The translations under genes were made by a program, and so were the position numbers. From the NCBI GenBank assembly GCA_003427395.1, contig BFEA01000006.1, positions 1,668,737 to 1,732,736 of the forward strand: a DNA stretch of 64,000 nt, given 5' to 3'. Below are positions 49,876 to 61,553 of the stretch, one piece after another (the stretch's first letter is position 1; each line of letters begins with the position of its first letter). Origin of the DNA: Chara braunii. Lineage: Eukaryota > Plantae > Charophyceae. The notes beneath the pieces were generated by a model. That model saw nothing but the letters and a program-made list of their open reading frames with translations, had not been told where the DNA came from and did no database searches.

Positions 49876-52800
49876 CAATTCTGTGGGGACTGGTTGGGCA
49901 GTGAGGATGGGGGCTAGATCGCATCTGTCCGATGGGATGGCAGGCCCCCCCAGGAGTGTAACCAGGAGGAATTCAGGAGAGACTACCGTATTTGCTTCAG
50001 AGACTGGACAATGGTGGGCCAGGAGATCCCGCCGCGATCATCCACAGAATTTCCCGACCCCTTCTCAGCCCACCAGCTGTAAAAGGTCGATGTGCAATGG
50101 TACGGAGCAGAGTGAGCATGAGCACAGGCAAGACCACAGACTGATGGGACCAAGTAAGGAAGCAGCGGGTCAACGAACTAGGTGCACGGGAGGTATCGGC
50201 GGGTATTCAGAAGAAGTAGAAGTAGCCGCTAGAGAAGCATGAGTGATCTGGCGGTCTGGCACAGATTGAAGAGGCGGTGCCCTGATATGTACTGTTGTCC
50301 AACACGTATAACCCTGCTCAGTTAATCCCCTGGAAACAGGGCAATCAATGCTGGCTGGTGGTCTGATGTACAATGGGACGCTGGAGGGGGTGTTCTTGCG
50401 AGGAGGGGGTGCTCTTATCACCTCTCCTGCAAAGACACTGGGATATAAAAAAAGAAAAAAAAAAAAGAAACAAAAATAGAAAAGATGACAAGTCTGGGCT
50501 GTCCTTGGACCACTCTGGACTCTAGTTTTTCTGATGGAATGCAGAGTTCTACGGCCTATGTATCTCCTGGGGTCTGTGTCCTTGGACCACTTTGGACCTT
50601 GTTTTTCTGATGGAATGCAGAGTTCTACGACCTATGTATCCCCTGCGAACGTGACCGCGAGGGAAAATACGGCCGGCGGTCAGGAACATGATCGCCGGCC
50701 TCTGCCGCGGCTGAGATTTTCAGAATTGTTTTTCAAGAGATATTAGTGCGAGGATCTGGGTCCTCAGCAGGCCTAAGGGGCCCTGTTACAGAAGTGCCCG
50801 CCCTAAGTGAAGGCGGGCTTGACAAATCGCGAGAGGCCGTTTGTTGTCAATTTTGTATTTGGGGTCCAGGCAGTTGTGACGATCCAGTTGGTTGAGGAAG
50901 ACGCAGGCCGAGCAGCAAAGACATTTCCACAGCCTACCAGGCCTTTCCAGAAATGCAGGCCCTTGGCAAGACTCACAGCCTCATTGACAGACAGTTGGGA
51001 GGCCCAACCGAATGAGGCCCAGCTGCTGTAACAGAGGCACAGCCTCATGGCGCCTACCGGAAGCTTCTGGGCAGAGGCCCAGGCCAGGCAGGCTGTCGGG
51101 GCAGGCAGGCTCTTTCCATATAGGAAAGAGCTCTCATTCAGGCACTTGGTGGCTGGCCTCTGGAGGCCCCGCCCAGACAGCCTCCTGGGGCCTACCGAAA
51201 GCCTCTGGGCAGAGGCGCCGCCCAGCCAGGCCGTCGGGGCAGGCAAACTCTTTCCATATAGGAAAGAGCTCACTGCCTGGGCTCTCAGTCAGGCACTTGC
51301 TGGCGGGCGGCAGCGCTCTGCACACGTGCGGTTGTGTGGTGAAGCAGGGCGCTGCTGAGGGCAGCGCCATATCCCAGCCTCCATGTCTGGCTGAGGGCTT
51401 GGACATATCGTGAGGCGCAGGGGTGGTCTTCGGGTGTACAGAGGGAAGACGTGGGTGTACGTCGATGTAGAGAGAGAAGGATGATGATGATGATGATGAT
51501 GATGTGAGGGCACATACCTGGTATTGGTGATGGTCTGCATCGGGCGGCATCTTCAAGTACTTTGTGGGCTGCTGACGTCAACAGTTGCATTGTCATTGGC
51601 AGATTGTTGCTGTGTAGGGAGTAGGCTGGGTGCTGAACACCAACTAGGGAGAAGGTCCTGGACTCTTGTGTTGGTGGTGGCGAGAGCAAGCTCTCATTGA
51701 CATTGGTTTTCAGTGTTACGATTCTCCATTGGTGTCATGCCTCTTTCTGTTCACTGTGATACTTTCTGGCTTTCAATGTGATCGTGCATTCTGGATATTG
51801 TCATCTCGCTACTGCTCATTTCTGGCCCAGGGTCGTGTGGGCGCACCAAGAAGCTATGTGGTGACATAGGAGGTGTACACTGGTTGATGAGCTCGCTGAT
51901 GTGCCAATTTATGCCGAGGTGGAACTACATTCTGCTGTTTGTTGTGCCGAGGCAAAGACCGGCCATCATAAATGCACATCAGGTTGCCGGTGAGAAATCT
52001 GTGGTTGGGGGCACCATTATGAGGTTCATTGCTATCTTCCTTATGTACCCTCTTTATTACTTCTTACCGTAAGGAAGCGAGTTTTGTCTTGAGAGTCCTC
52101 TCAATGTGAGGTGTCGTGAGCGCTCAACCTTGAGAGTGGACATTCTTCCTAGGCAGCAAGCTGGTGGGAGACGGGCAAAGCCTCTTAAGAGCCCTGGACG
52201 AAGCACTCGGGTCACGGTGTCAAGCGCATCGGCCCCCGCGCGAGCAAGGGCCCTCCCGACCATGTCACGCAGGAGATAAATAAAACAAAACCAAGAGACA
52301 ACTCGGGAACGATTCTTAACAACCCTGCAAACCGTCGAGACGTTACGGTAGCGTCTTTCTGTCACCGCTCTGACCGGGTGCGCCAGCTGTACATCCCGCG
52401 GTCCCCTACGACAGGATAGGTTCCTGCGGGGCATGAGCTTGCTTCCCTAAGGGGTTGTCACGACCCTTAGGGGCGTATCCCTACCGAGTTATTGACCCAC
52501 GTGCGAAAGTTTTTAGATGCAATTGCAGAGGTAGGTCAACCGAGGGCGCTTGGTTAACGTCGAGCGGACCAGAACGTCATCCGTTCCTAGGGCGCTGATC
52601 TCCTAGTCACGAAGCAGACGCCGGTTGATTAGGACGGTCTCAACCAAACGTGAAACCCAGCATTAGTCCTAGTCCCTTTAACACATGGTCAAAAGTAAGT
52701 TGTAACAACCACACATATAATTATATTTTAAGGAGTCGATCATAATCGACGCAGATAAATATTCGATCTGAAATGATAACTAAAAGAAATTGAATCTTCA

Positions 52801-54879
52801 TCTAATACATCCATTATCACAAGATCAAAATTTAATCTGACCACCTTGGGTCGAACTCTATAAAACAATCATACAACCGCCAACAAGGAGTTGGCTACCG
52901 AAAATAACATTTGTGCGGCCAACATGGTAGTAGGACAACCTCAGTTTTGACTTGATGAGACGCGTTGCCAAAGTCATTCATTCCAGCCTACCGCCGACTT
53001 AAGATTAGACACACGTATTTGTCTCCATCCGTTTTCAATCTTTTCTGATGACAGACTACTTTGCGAATGATTCTTGATCAGGGGCATTGCTTAAAGTGTT
53101 GCATGCCTCTTCCTCTAGGAAGTGGTCTGGGGTACTCCTCGTCCGAGCACAAGACTCGAATCCCACAGGTCGGGCCATCTCCAACGAATCGACAAATACC
53201 CCCCCGTAGAACGGTCCACTCTGGGTCGATAACAGGGTCGGCTCCTAAAGCAACGAACCCCCGCCCCAAATGCTTCATAGAGAGAGGATGTGTCCACAAC
53301 AAGTTGCTCTCAATTATTCTCCTCTCCCTTGAGTTCAGGGTAACTTAGACGAAAAGACAATCGAAGGAGATAGGGAATAAGAATCATTTGGACAGGTACA
53401 TGTAGATAAGGTCATTCGGGATGGAACAGGTAATCCTGGGGAAGAGGCTAAGTCCATTCGACCTTATTTGCTTTATTCGAATCAAATTCATTTTACGACA
53501 TGCATTGAATTAACCTTTTTTAGAACAACAAGCTCTTTTTGACGAGCAGGCAGGTAAGAAGTAAAGGGAAGACAATTATTTTCCCTTCTCTCAAATAGGC
53601 ATAATCAATATCCTTTGCAAGCATCCTTCTACCTACCTGCACAACATGCATAGAAAACAAGTTCAAAAGGAAAACAGGACAATCCGCAACTCACTTTAGA
53701 TCTTCTCATTCACATGTGTGACTTGCACAACTTTCTCTGCCTTTTCTTCCGAACGTTCAAATGAACAGGGTCAAGCAAAGTGTGGGTTCACACGGGTGTG
53801 AACGGATATCTAAGTCATTTACTGACTGACCTTGAGTGAAGTTTGATCCGGCTCACTGAAGAAAGTCGGGCAATATATCGATCAAAGGAAAATGACCGTC
53901 GTAGAAAAATATGCGGCACACAACTCATAAGTTGTGGCCTCTCCTGAATGACGGTCCGCGTCCTCCACCACGTGTCCTACTGAGTAGAGGTTCAGCCACA
54001 AAAAAAACTCTAGGAGGGTGTTCCCACGAATGAGTTATCACGTGGTCTCAACGTCCTAGGCTACCCCAACATAGTCCCAACTGTACGTCCCCCATTCAGG
54101 ATACTCTCAACCAATTGCAAGTCCACGCTGCCTCCAAGCACCACGTACACTCACAATAGCCNNNNNNNNNNNNNNNNNNNNNNNNNNNNNNNNNNNNNNN
54201 NNNNNNNNNNNNNNNNNNNNNAACTGTACGTCCCCCATTCAGGATACTCTCAACCAATTGCAAGTCCACGCTGCCTCCAAGCACCACGTACACTCACAAT
54301 AGCCACACCAATATGCCGGTCCCGATTTCAAATATGTCCAAAATGATCCCTGATGGTCCCAATGCTATCGCCGCATCATTGGATGGTCCAAACTCAAATC
54401 CCGTTTGCACTGCGCGCCGCAAAAAAAATAAAAATAAAAAGGTGGCCCTGGTCCACACCACATGTGCTGCGAGCCCCCCAAAAATAAAGATGTCCTTCCG
54501 ACGCAAAACTGCAAGCGCTGCAACTCCAATAACCACTGCCGCGAGCACTCATTCTGCACTTTCCTCATGTCGCCGGCACACGCACCACTGCCGCTCAATC
54601 CCAACCACCCACCAGTGTCAGTCCAACTTCTGGCCCCCATTAGAATCCACCATAGTTGTTGCACACCACAAAAAATAAAGCGCGAAACTGCCGCTCGCCG
54701 CACCGTCAAAACCGGTACCACACCACCGTATCAAAAAAATTCAGCAGCAGTTCCCACTGAAGTGCCGCTGCTGTGCCAAAATTTTGGCAGCGTAACCTTA
54801 CAAAAAAGCATCGCCATTGTCGTGCCGCCAAACGGTCAGCACCTCCCCTTAGGAAGACCTTAATGTCACCACACCATTA

Positions 54880-55560
54880 GTTCGGCAACATCTCCCCACC
54901 GAAGTGTCGCCGCTGCCGTGCAAAATCGGCAGCGCTTCCGCACCACTGTCGTTAAAACCAGTGCCGCCGCCGCAAAAATCCGGCAGCGCTTCTGCGTCAC
55001 TGCCAAAAAAAGTCACAGCTGCCGCCGAAAATTTCGGCAGCGCTCCCGCGTCACCGCCAAAAAATCGAAGTTGCCGTCAAAAAAAATTGGCAGCGCTCCT
55101 GCAGCACTGCCAAAAATACACTGCTGCCGCCGTGCAAAACGGGCAGAGTCCCCCCTGCACCACTTGCCGAAGACCTGCCGCCGCCGTGCAAAACGGGCAG
55201 AGTCTCCCCTGCACCGCTTGCCGAAGACCTGCCACGAACAGCAGCACCTCCCGCTGCCACCTCCTGCTGGCACCACACAGCAAGGTGGCTATGGCAGCCT
55301 CCTCCTTCCCCTTTCACTGCAGGCCTCCTGCAGCACTGCCAAAAATACACTGCTGCCGCTGTGCACAACGGGCAGAGTCCCCCCTGCACCGCTTGCCAAA
55401 GACCTGCCGCCGCCGTGCAAAACGGGCAGAGTCTCCCCTGCACCGCTTGCCGAAGACTTGCCACGAACAGCAGCACCTCCCGCTGGCACCACGCACCATG
55501 GTGGCTATGGCAGCCTCCTCCTTCCCCTCTCACTGCAGACCTCCGTTCTCCACTCCAGCA
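54880..55560. repeat. GC-rich tandem repeats (~230-bp unit with ~60-bp subunits)
   Basis: CTCCTGCAGCACTGCCAAAAATACACTGCTGCCGC at ~55096 and ~55325. Four copies of GGGCAGAGTCYCCCTGCACC. Confidence 0.85.
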
Positions 55561-56305
55561 CCTCCATTGGCAGCACTGCCTCTCTCCAGCAGCATGCAGC
55601 AGTCAGGCAGCATTCACTCAAGTGAATGCCCCAGGAGCACTGCCGCAAGTGTGAGGCTGTTGGGTAGAGTGGTGGCTTTTATAGCCAGCTGATGGCTGTG
55701 GGCAGCTGCCTTGCCCACAACCAGGCAAATTTCGTCGGTGCTCCTGGCCCTCGATCTAGATCAACGGCCAGGAGCCCGAAGCCTTGGTTTCCGTTCAGGG
55801 GAACCAGGGTCGTCAGTTCCTGGAGCACCTGGCCTTTTCCCATTCCAGGATTGCCTGTTTACTGAACAGGCACTGTCCCATCAGCCCTAGAACCTTCTAG
55901 GGGCTGCACCTAGTCCACGACCGCGACCATATTCGCGGCCGTTTTCCCCTTCTCTTCTTTTCCTCCCCTCTACTTCTTTGTTCTACGCCTGTACCTACTC
56001 TATCCCTGTGGCCACGTACGCGGCCGCCACTCACTTTTCTACTTCGTTTTTTTTTTTCCCCTTTTTACCCCCCCCCGTTTTCCTGCAGGGGCAGTTTGCC
56101 GTTCAAAACGAACGGCCGCCCTTTCCTCTCTACTACTAAACCCAAGCTCAGCAAGGGGGGGGTTCTTGCTCTCTCCCTCTCTCTCTGCAAGGGGGATCGA
56201 GAAGAGGTCCCTGCGCAAGGATGGCACGCGTGAATGGTGCCAGGTGCAGGCGCCAATCTGCAGCCCGTTCAGCAATGAAGGGGCACAGATTCATGTGGTA
56301 CCAGG

Positions 56306-56375
<70 letters not shown>

Positions 56376-56466
56376 ACCCCAACTTGCCCATCCCTCTCAA
56401 CGAGACCCTTCCGAATGCGGCCGCAGTGCTCAACAGGTGCATTCGGTGAGTCAGTCCATCCGGAGA

Positions 56467-56523
56467 TGGATTGTCGGGGCTCAACCCCCTGATGAGTCGG
56501 TGAAAGTATGACGAAACAGTTCG
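56467..56523 (+). ncRNA. Type III hammerhead ribozyme, copy 2 (predicted cleavage after GUC at 56475)
   Basis: Stem III UGGAUUGU/ACAGUUCG; stem I GGGG-cucaa-CCCC; core CUGAUGA; stem II GUCG..UGAC; core GAAA. Confidence 0.88.
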
Positions 56524-59500
56524 GCTCAGTCAAGCCGTTTCGCCCGTTCGTTCGAAACGAACGGGCTGTCACACCCAAAACAACAAGACAGAAAGAACAA
56601 AAAAAAGAAAATTCCTAAACAAAATCTAAGAAGGAAAAATAAAAAAATCTAAACAAAATCTAAGAAAGAGAATAAGATGAGAAAGAAAAAAAAAACAAAA
56701 AGAAAAACCTACCTAACACGGCTGCGCGTTTTCAACGGGCGCCTGTCAAAATCGCTGGGGACCTTAAGTCCCCATCCACTTCATAACGGGCAAGATGGCG
56801 CCTTGCTTTTTTCCTCTTTTTTTATTTTGTTTTTACTTCGTTCTCTCTGACTGAACGGCAGCCTTTTCGACGCACTGTTTCGGGCGAATGGCAGAAAACC
56901 TAACAAGGAAAAAAAAAAAAAAAAAAAAGGAAAGAGAAAGTCTTACCTCGTGATGATGTGACTCCACGAAGCCTGTATCTGGGCGCTTACGCGTCCAGAT
57001 ACAGGGCAGGTAAGTTTCTTTTTTTTTTTTTCTTCTTTTTTTCCAAAAAAAATATAAAAAATAAAAAAACTGGACCTTTTCTCGATTCACGCATGTCATC
57101 CTTGCGCAGGGACCTCTTCTCGATCTGCGTGGCTGATCTCGGCGGTGTGATCTCACGATCGCACGGCCGGGATCGTCCGCGCCACATACCTGGCGGCCAG
57201 CTCCACAAGGAGCTGGCACAGTAGGACGCGTGCGGCCGGGCTCGATCCCGGTGTCCGTCGGGGGAAGTCTGGTGCTGTATCCTACTGGGCTGACTCCTAT
57301 CACGAGAGTGATAGGAGCAGCTCTTCTATAAGAAGAGCTTGCCCTCACGGTTTCTCCTACCCGTGGCCCTGCAGGCCCGTATTGTTTGTGGCCTTGCAGG
57401 CCCTGCCTGCCTGCCTGTGGCCCTACAGGCCCTGCCTGCCCGTGGCCTTCCAGGTCAAGCCGGCAGGCCTTACCCCGAGCGATGTCGGCATTGACCTATC
57501 AACCCCCTGGCTCGATGTCAACCTCCGCGGCCCAAAGAAAATAAACTCCTTATTCCTATTCCCCATGCGCGGCGGCCCTATACCCGGCGCATCCCTCTTT
57601 TTAGCCTACTTAGGCCCTGAATCGCGCGGCTGCGACATTATTTTAGGTAGAATAAGTATAGCGTTAGCGTTCCCACGTTCGCGTGCCTCTGCGGTCCCAA
57701 AAAAAGCGAAGCACTTCCGGTTACTACCGTTCACATCCACTACTCCCGGACGCCACATGCGCTCGGACTAAAGTTCGAAAACTCTTAGTCTCTCAGTCAT
57801 AGGTCAGGTCTGAATAAACATTGGCAACGTCAGTCTCATCAAGTCCTTCAATTCAACGAAAGAGTCGGACGGCATCCGACGTTGAAACCCCCCCGGCAAA
57901 TACCCTTGTCAGGGTATTTGACCCGACAACGGTCACCATGCCAACCCGTTGGGACTAGTACACGCATGCTTTGCTGCAAGTCCTTGGTTCTGCGGCTGCG
58001 CAATAGAGGTCATGCAGGGCACCAGACCGACTGTAAATATTTCTGGCGGGATTCGGTGTTGAACCCTGGCTGTGGTCGTCATCCTGTCTGCGACGTTGAA
58101 TAATTCCTGAGGACCTTGGGGGCTGTCCTTAAACTGCCTCTTGATCAGCCAGATCAAATCGGATGTAAGGCTCGTTGCATGCGAGGGTAAACAAGGTGCA
58201 GGGGCTGGCAGATTTGGCATGGACTCGGGACACGGGTGGGCCGGATTGCACACCTTCAGACACGTCGATCAACCAGAAGCTCAGGGCGTTGACACAAAGA
58301 GACCGCTCAAGAAGGATACAGGGAGAGTGGAGATTCCGGTAACTGTTCACATATTCTTCAAATTAGATAAACTGCCATCCAGCATACCTCTCCACAGGTA
58401 AACTGTTCTATTTTTGATTATTTAGTTGTACAGACTTGTTGACAACTGATGGACAGCTGCAGATAGGATAATACCTTCCTTGCTGCATTGCATTCTGTAT
58501 CAGAGTAATCTAAAAATAGAACTAGTGTTACTTGTAGGATCTGACATTAGTTGTCTTTGACCACTTGACTGTTTCTTTCTAGGCTCATCGAATATAGTTG
58601 TACATCACACTCAGTTGGGTGTCAAGCTGAGGTAGGATTCAGTGTGGACTCTAGTTTAGATCACAAACACTGTAGCTCACGAGTAATGCAGGCAGTAGTG
58701 GGGAGGAGGAACAATTAGTGGAACCCCTTGGAGTTACACGTAGAACTGCTCTCAGTCGACCGATAACTTTCTAAGAGTTAGCTCCAAGAGAGGAAAGGAG
58801 ACTGCGGAGGGAAGCTAGGGAGAGGGCGGCATTAAGGAGGGTTAGGTTAGCAGCAGCCACCTTAGAGGCCGTGATGGCTACCATCTCCAGTACGTCACAG
58901 GCCTCGTCCCGAGCCACAGCGTCAGGTTTTTGTTAGTCAGACTGTTGGCTTGCAAGTCAGCCTATGAGATCCTCCAAGCCGAAGAACTTCACGATGAGCT
59001 GCAGGGGCAGTTGAGAGAGGCAGCAGAGAGGAGACAAAAGGCTATATTGAGAGGCAGCTAGGTGTAGGAGACAGGAGCTAAGTAAATTAGAAGCATTAGA
59101 CGAGTCGACACTTGATCCTGCTATGCTAGTGCCGCGTAACTCGCTTCTTTGCGTGACAAAAACGCAGTTTGTTTAGCAGGAAGTGCTGGCTGAACTGGTG
59201 GTAGGCCAGAGGCAAATTCTGGCTGCACTGCAGGCTCCTCGTGCAATGATGAGGCAGCCTCAGTATGCTGTAGCCCCCCATTGGTTGTGGGTCCCTTAGT
59301 GTCGTTGTCTCCGGTAGGGCCCTTTTTTTCTCCCATGTTTGGCATTCTCCCTCCAGGTGGATTAGTAGCAACTAGTGGTCCGGTCCTTAGAGCTTCTTTC
59401 GTACCATTAATGACGGTGGCAGCTACAGTGCCATTGTCAAGATAGGCTCAGGTTAGCGCGCAGCAACCTGTCTCAGTGGCTATGCAGCCACTGCAGCAAA

Positions 59501-61458
59501 CACCTGTAGAAATCCAACCCATGCGGTGGATGCCCAAGATACTCTTGCCGAGTCCTAAGCCATTCTCCGGCGACAAGAAGAAGGATGAGGACCTGGATAT
59601 CGGGGTGAGGACTGTGCCTACCTATGTGAGGCACAAGCTCACAAGGCCAGGGCAGGGAGTTTGGTGGGGGGGTCTGCGCTACATGGCTTCGAGGACCCTT
59701 CAGATAGCCTGCATGGGCTGTCTGAGCTGTGTTAAGGGGATCCATTCTCTCTCTCTCTCTCTCGCCCCCCTTTATACACTCACACCCCTTACCAAAAAAA
59801 AAAAGTGCATCTGCATCACATCACAGACACCCCCCCAACCCCAGCACTCCCCAACAAGACCAGCCGCCCCCCTTGCCCTCCCCCCCCCTTCCCCCCCCTT
59901 CCCCCCCAAAAAAAGAAGCCAAAATTTTATTGCAGATTCGGGGTCCTGTCGCTGAGCGCAGAATGACCCCGGTTTCAAAAAATGTATATACTGTAGAGTT
60001 TTCCATCTGGTGTGGGTGAGTAATAGTCTACTTTGATTTTGGTTAAGGTGGATTATCACTTACAGTGTAATCAGTGAGGGGATTCTACAGNNNNNNNNNN
60101 NNNNNNNNNNNNNNNNNNNNNNNNNNNNNNNNNNNNNNNNNNNNNNNNNNNNNNNNNNNNNNNNNNNNNNNNNNNNNNNNNNNNNNNNNNNNNNNNNNNN
60201 NNNNNNNNNNNNNNNNNNNNNNNNNNNNNNNNNNNNNNNNNNNNNNNNNNNNNNNNNNNNNNNNNNNNNNNNNNNNNNNNNNNNNNNNNNNNNNNNNNNN
60301 NNNNNNNNNNNNNNNNNNNNNNNNNNNNNNNNNNNNNNNNNNNNNNNNNNNNNNNNNNNNNNNNNNNNNNNNNNNNNNNNNNNNNNNNNNNNNNNNNNNN
60401 NNNNNNNNNNNNNNNNNNNNNNNNNNNNNNNNNNNNNNNNNNNNNNNNNNNNNNNNNNNNNNNNNNNNNNNNNNNNNNNNNNNNNNNNNNNNNNNNNNNN
60501 NNNNNNNNNNNNNNNNNNNNNNNNNNNNNNNNNNNNNNNNNNNNNNNNNNNNNNNNNNNNNNNNNCCCCTCGTTTGTTGTCCTCTTCTCCCTCTCTGCCT
60601 ACGGTTTACCGGGCAGTTCTATTTGACGATATATATATATTTCTGGGCGTTTTTTTGGCCTGCCCGGTTTACCCGGGCGGCCGCCCCAGGCCCAACCGGC
60701 TGGGCCCAGCCCGGCCGGGCGGCGTCCTCACTCAGAATTTTCAATTTTTTGAAAACTTTCTTTCTTCATGACCTGGACCCGCGGTCATGATCGGGACGTC
60801 CTGACTGTGACCGGACACTGTGGTGAAGACCGTGGCAACCGCCGGTCACGTGGATTCATAGTCTACGTTTAATGGTAAATACCTTGTTGATGCTCCACAT
60901 GTTATGACTCTCTACGTTCACTGGTGAATACCCTGTTGATGCTGCACATGTTATGACTCTCTGACAGCTTCGCCAGAAATGTGTTCTTGGGATCACATGC
61001 TTGCCATGCACAATAATGCAACATGGACCTTTTCATTGCCCATTCCTTGCATGTGAGAAACAGCAAGCCGAGGACTTGGTTTGAGACTGCTCTATCCTTG
61101 TCGAATGTATACCTCTGGTAACTGGGGCTTAAATGAACGGCATGTTTGATTGGTTTTTTGCGGATGTCAAGTGAGTCCTCAAAGCCACGTGCGTGAACCA
61201 GATGGATTTTGTTATACGAAGAGGGAAGGCTACAGTGAGCTTACAAAGGGAAATTTAAGGGGTTGTAGGCAAGCTGAGCTGGAGTTGAATGAAGAGGAAA
61301 ATGCAAGGAACAGAATGGAGGAGGACGTAAGAGGGAGGAAAGGAGTGCTGCTGTGAGTTCAAGAAATTTGATTCAATTCGTTTGTATGTTCTCAGCCTTA
61401 AACGATCAAACAATTACAAAGCGTATTGTTCTCCGCAATCACTGTTATCGGAATGCAG

Positions 61459-61553
61459 CTAGCTGAAGAGGAAGAGATCAAGCTTCTGCGTAAGCAGATG
61501 GTGCCTCGTGCGCGATTGATGCCCTATTTCGATCGTCCATTCCGGCCCAGCAA
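61459..61553 (+). CDS. TPX2-domain exon, MAP20-type (LAEEEEIKLLRKQMVPRARLMPYFDRPFRPSK)
   Basis: TGCAG acceptor and AA|GTAAG donor. Closely resembles the plant MAP20 motif EEEEVR.MRKEMVPRAQLMPYFDRPF as I recall it. The last exon(s) were not seen. Confidence 0.92.

Larger units (their letters stand above)
52218..57928 (-). mobile_element. 5.7-kb TGTC..GACA element with a 4-bp TSD; probable very long solo LTR
   Basis: TSD ACGG at 52214-52217 and 57929-57932, with the host leader continuous once it is removed. No coding domain recognised. TATAAAA on the minus strand at 55677-55683. Confidence 0.75.
50747..59660 (+). mobile_element. Truncated Gypsy element (5' LTR, leader, gag N-terminus) interrupted at 52218-57928
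   Basis: LTR start TGCGAGG. The leader is colinear with 39500-40200 across the insertion. Gag motif PKPFSGDKKKDEDLD at ~59560. Confidence 0.75.

Noticed and set aside
54078-54303. Direct repeat around a gap (also 41315-41620)
   Set aside because: Identical sequence on both sides of an N gap; probably an unmerged contig overlap.
54904-55692. 262-aa and 235-aa ORFs
   Set aside because: They arise from GC-rich tandem repeats open in several frames.
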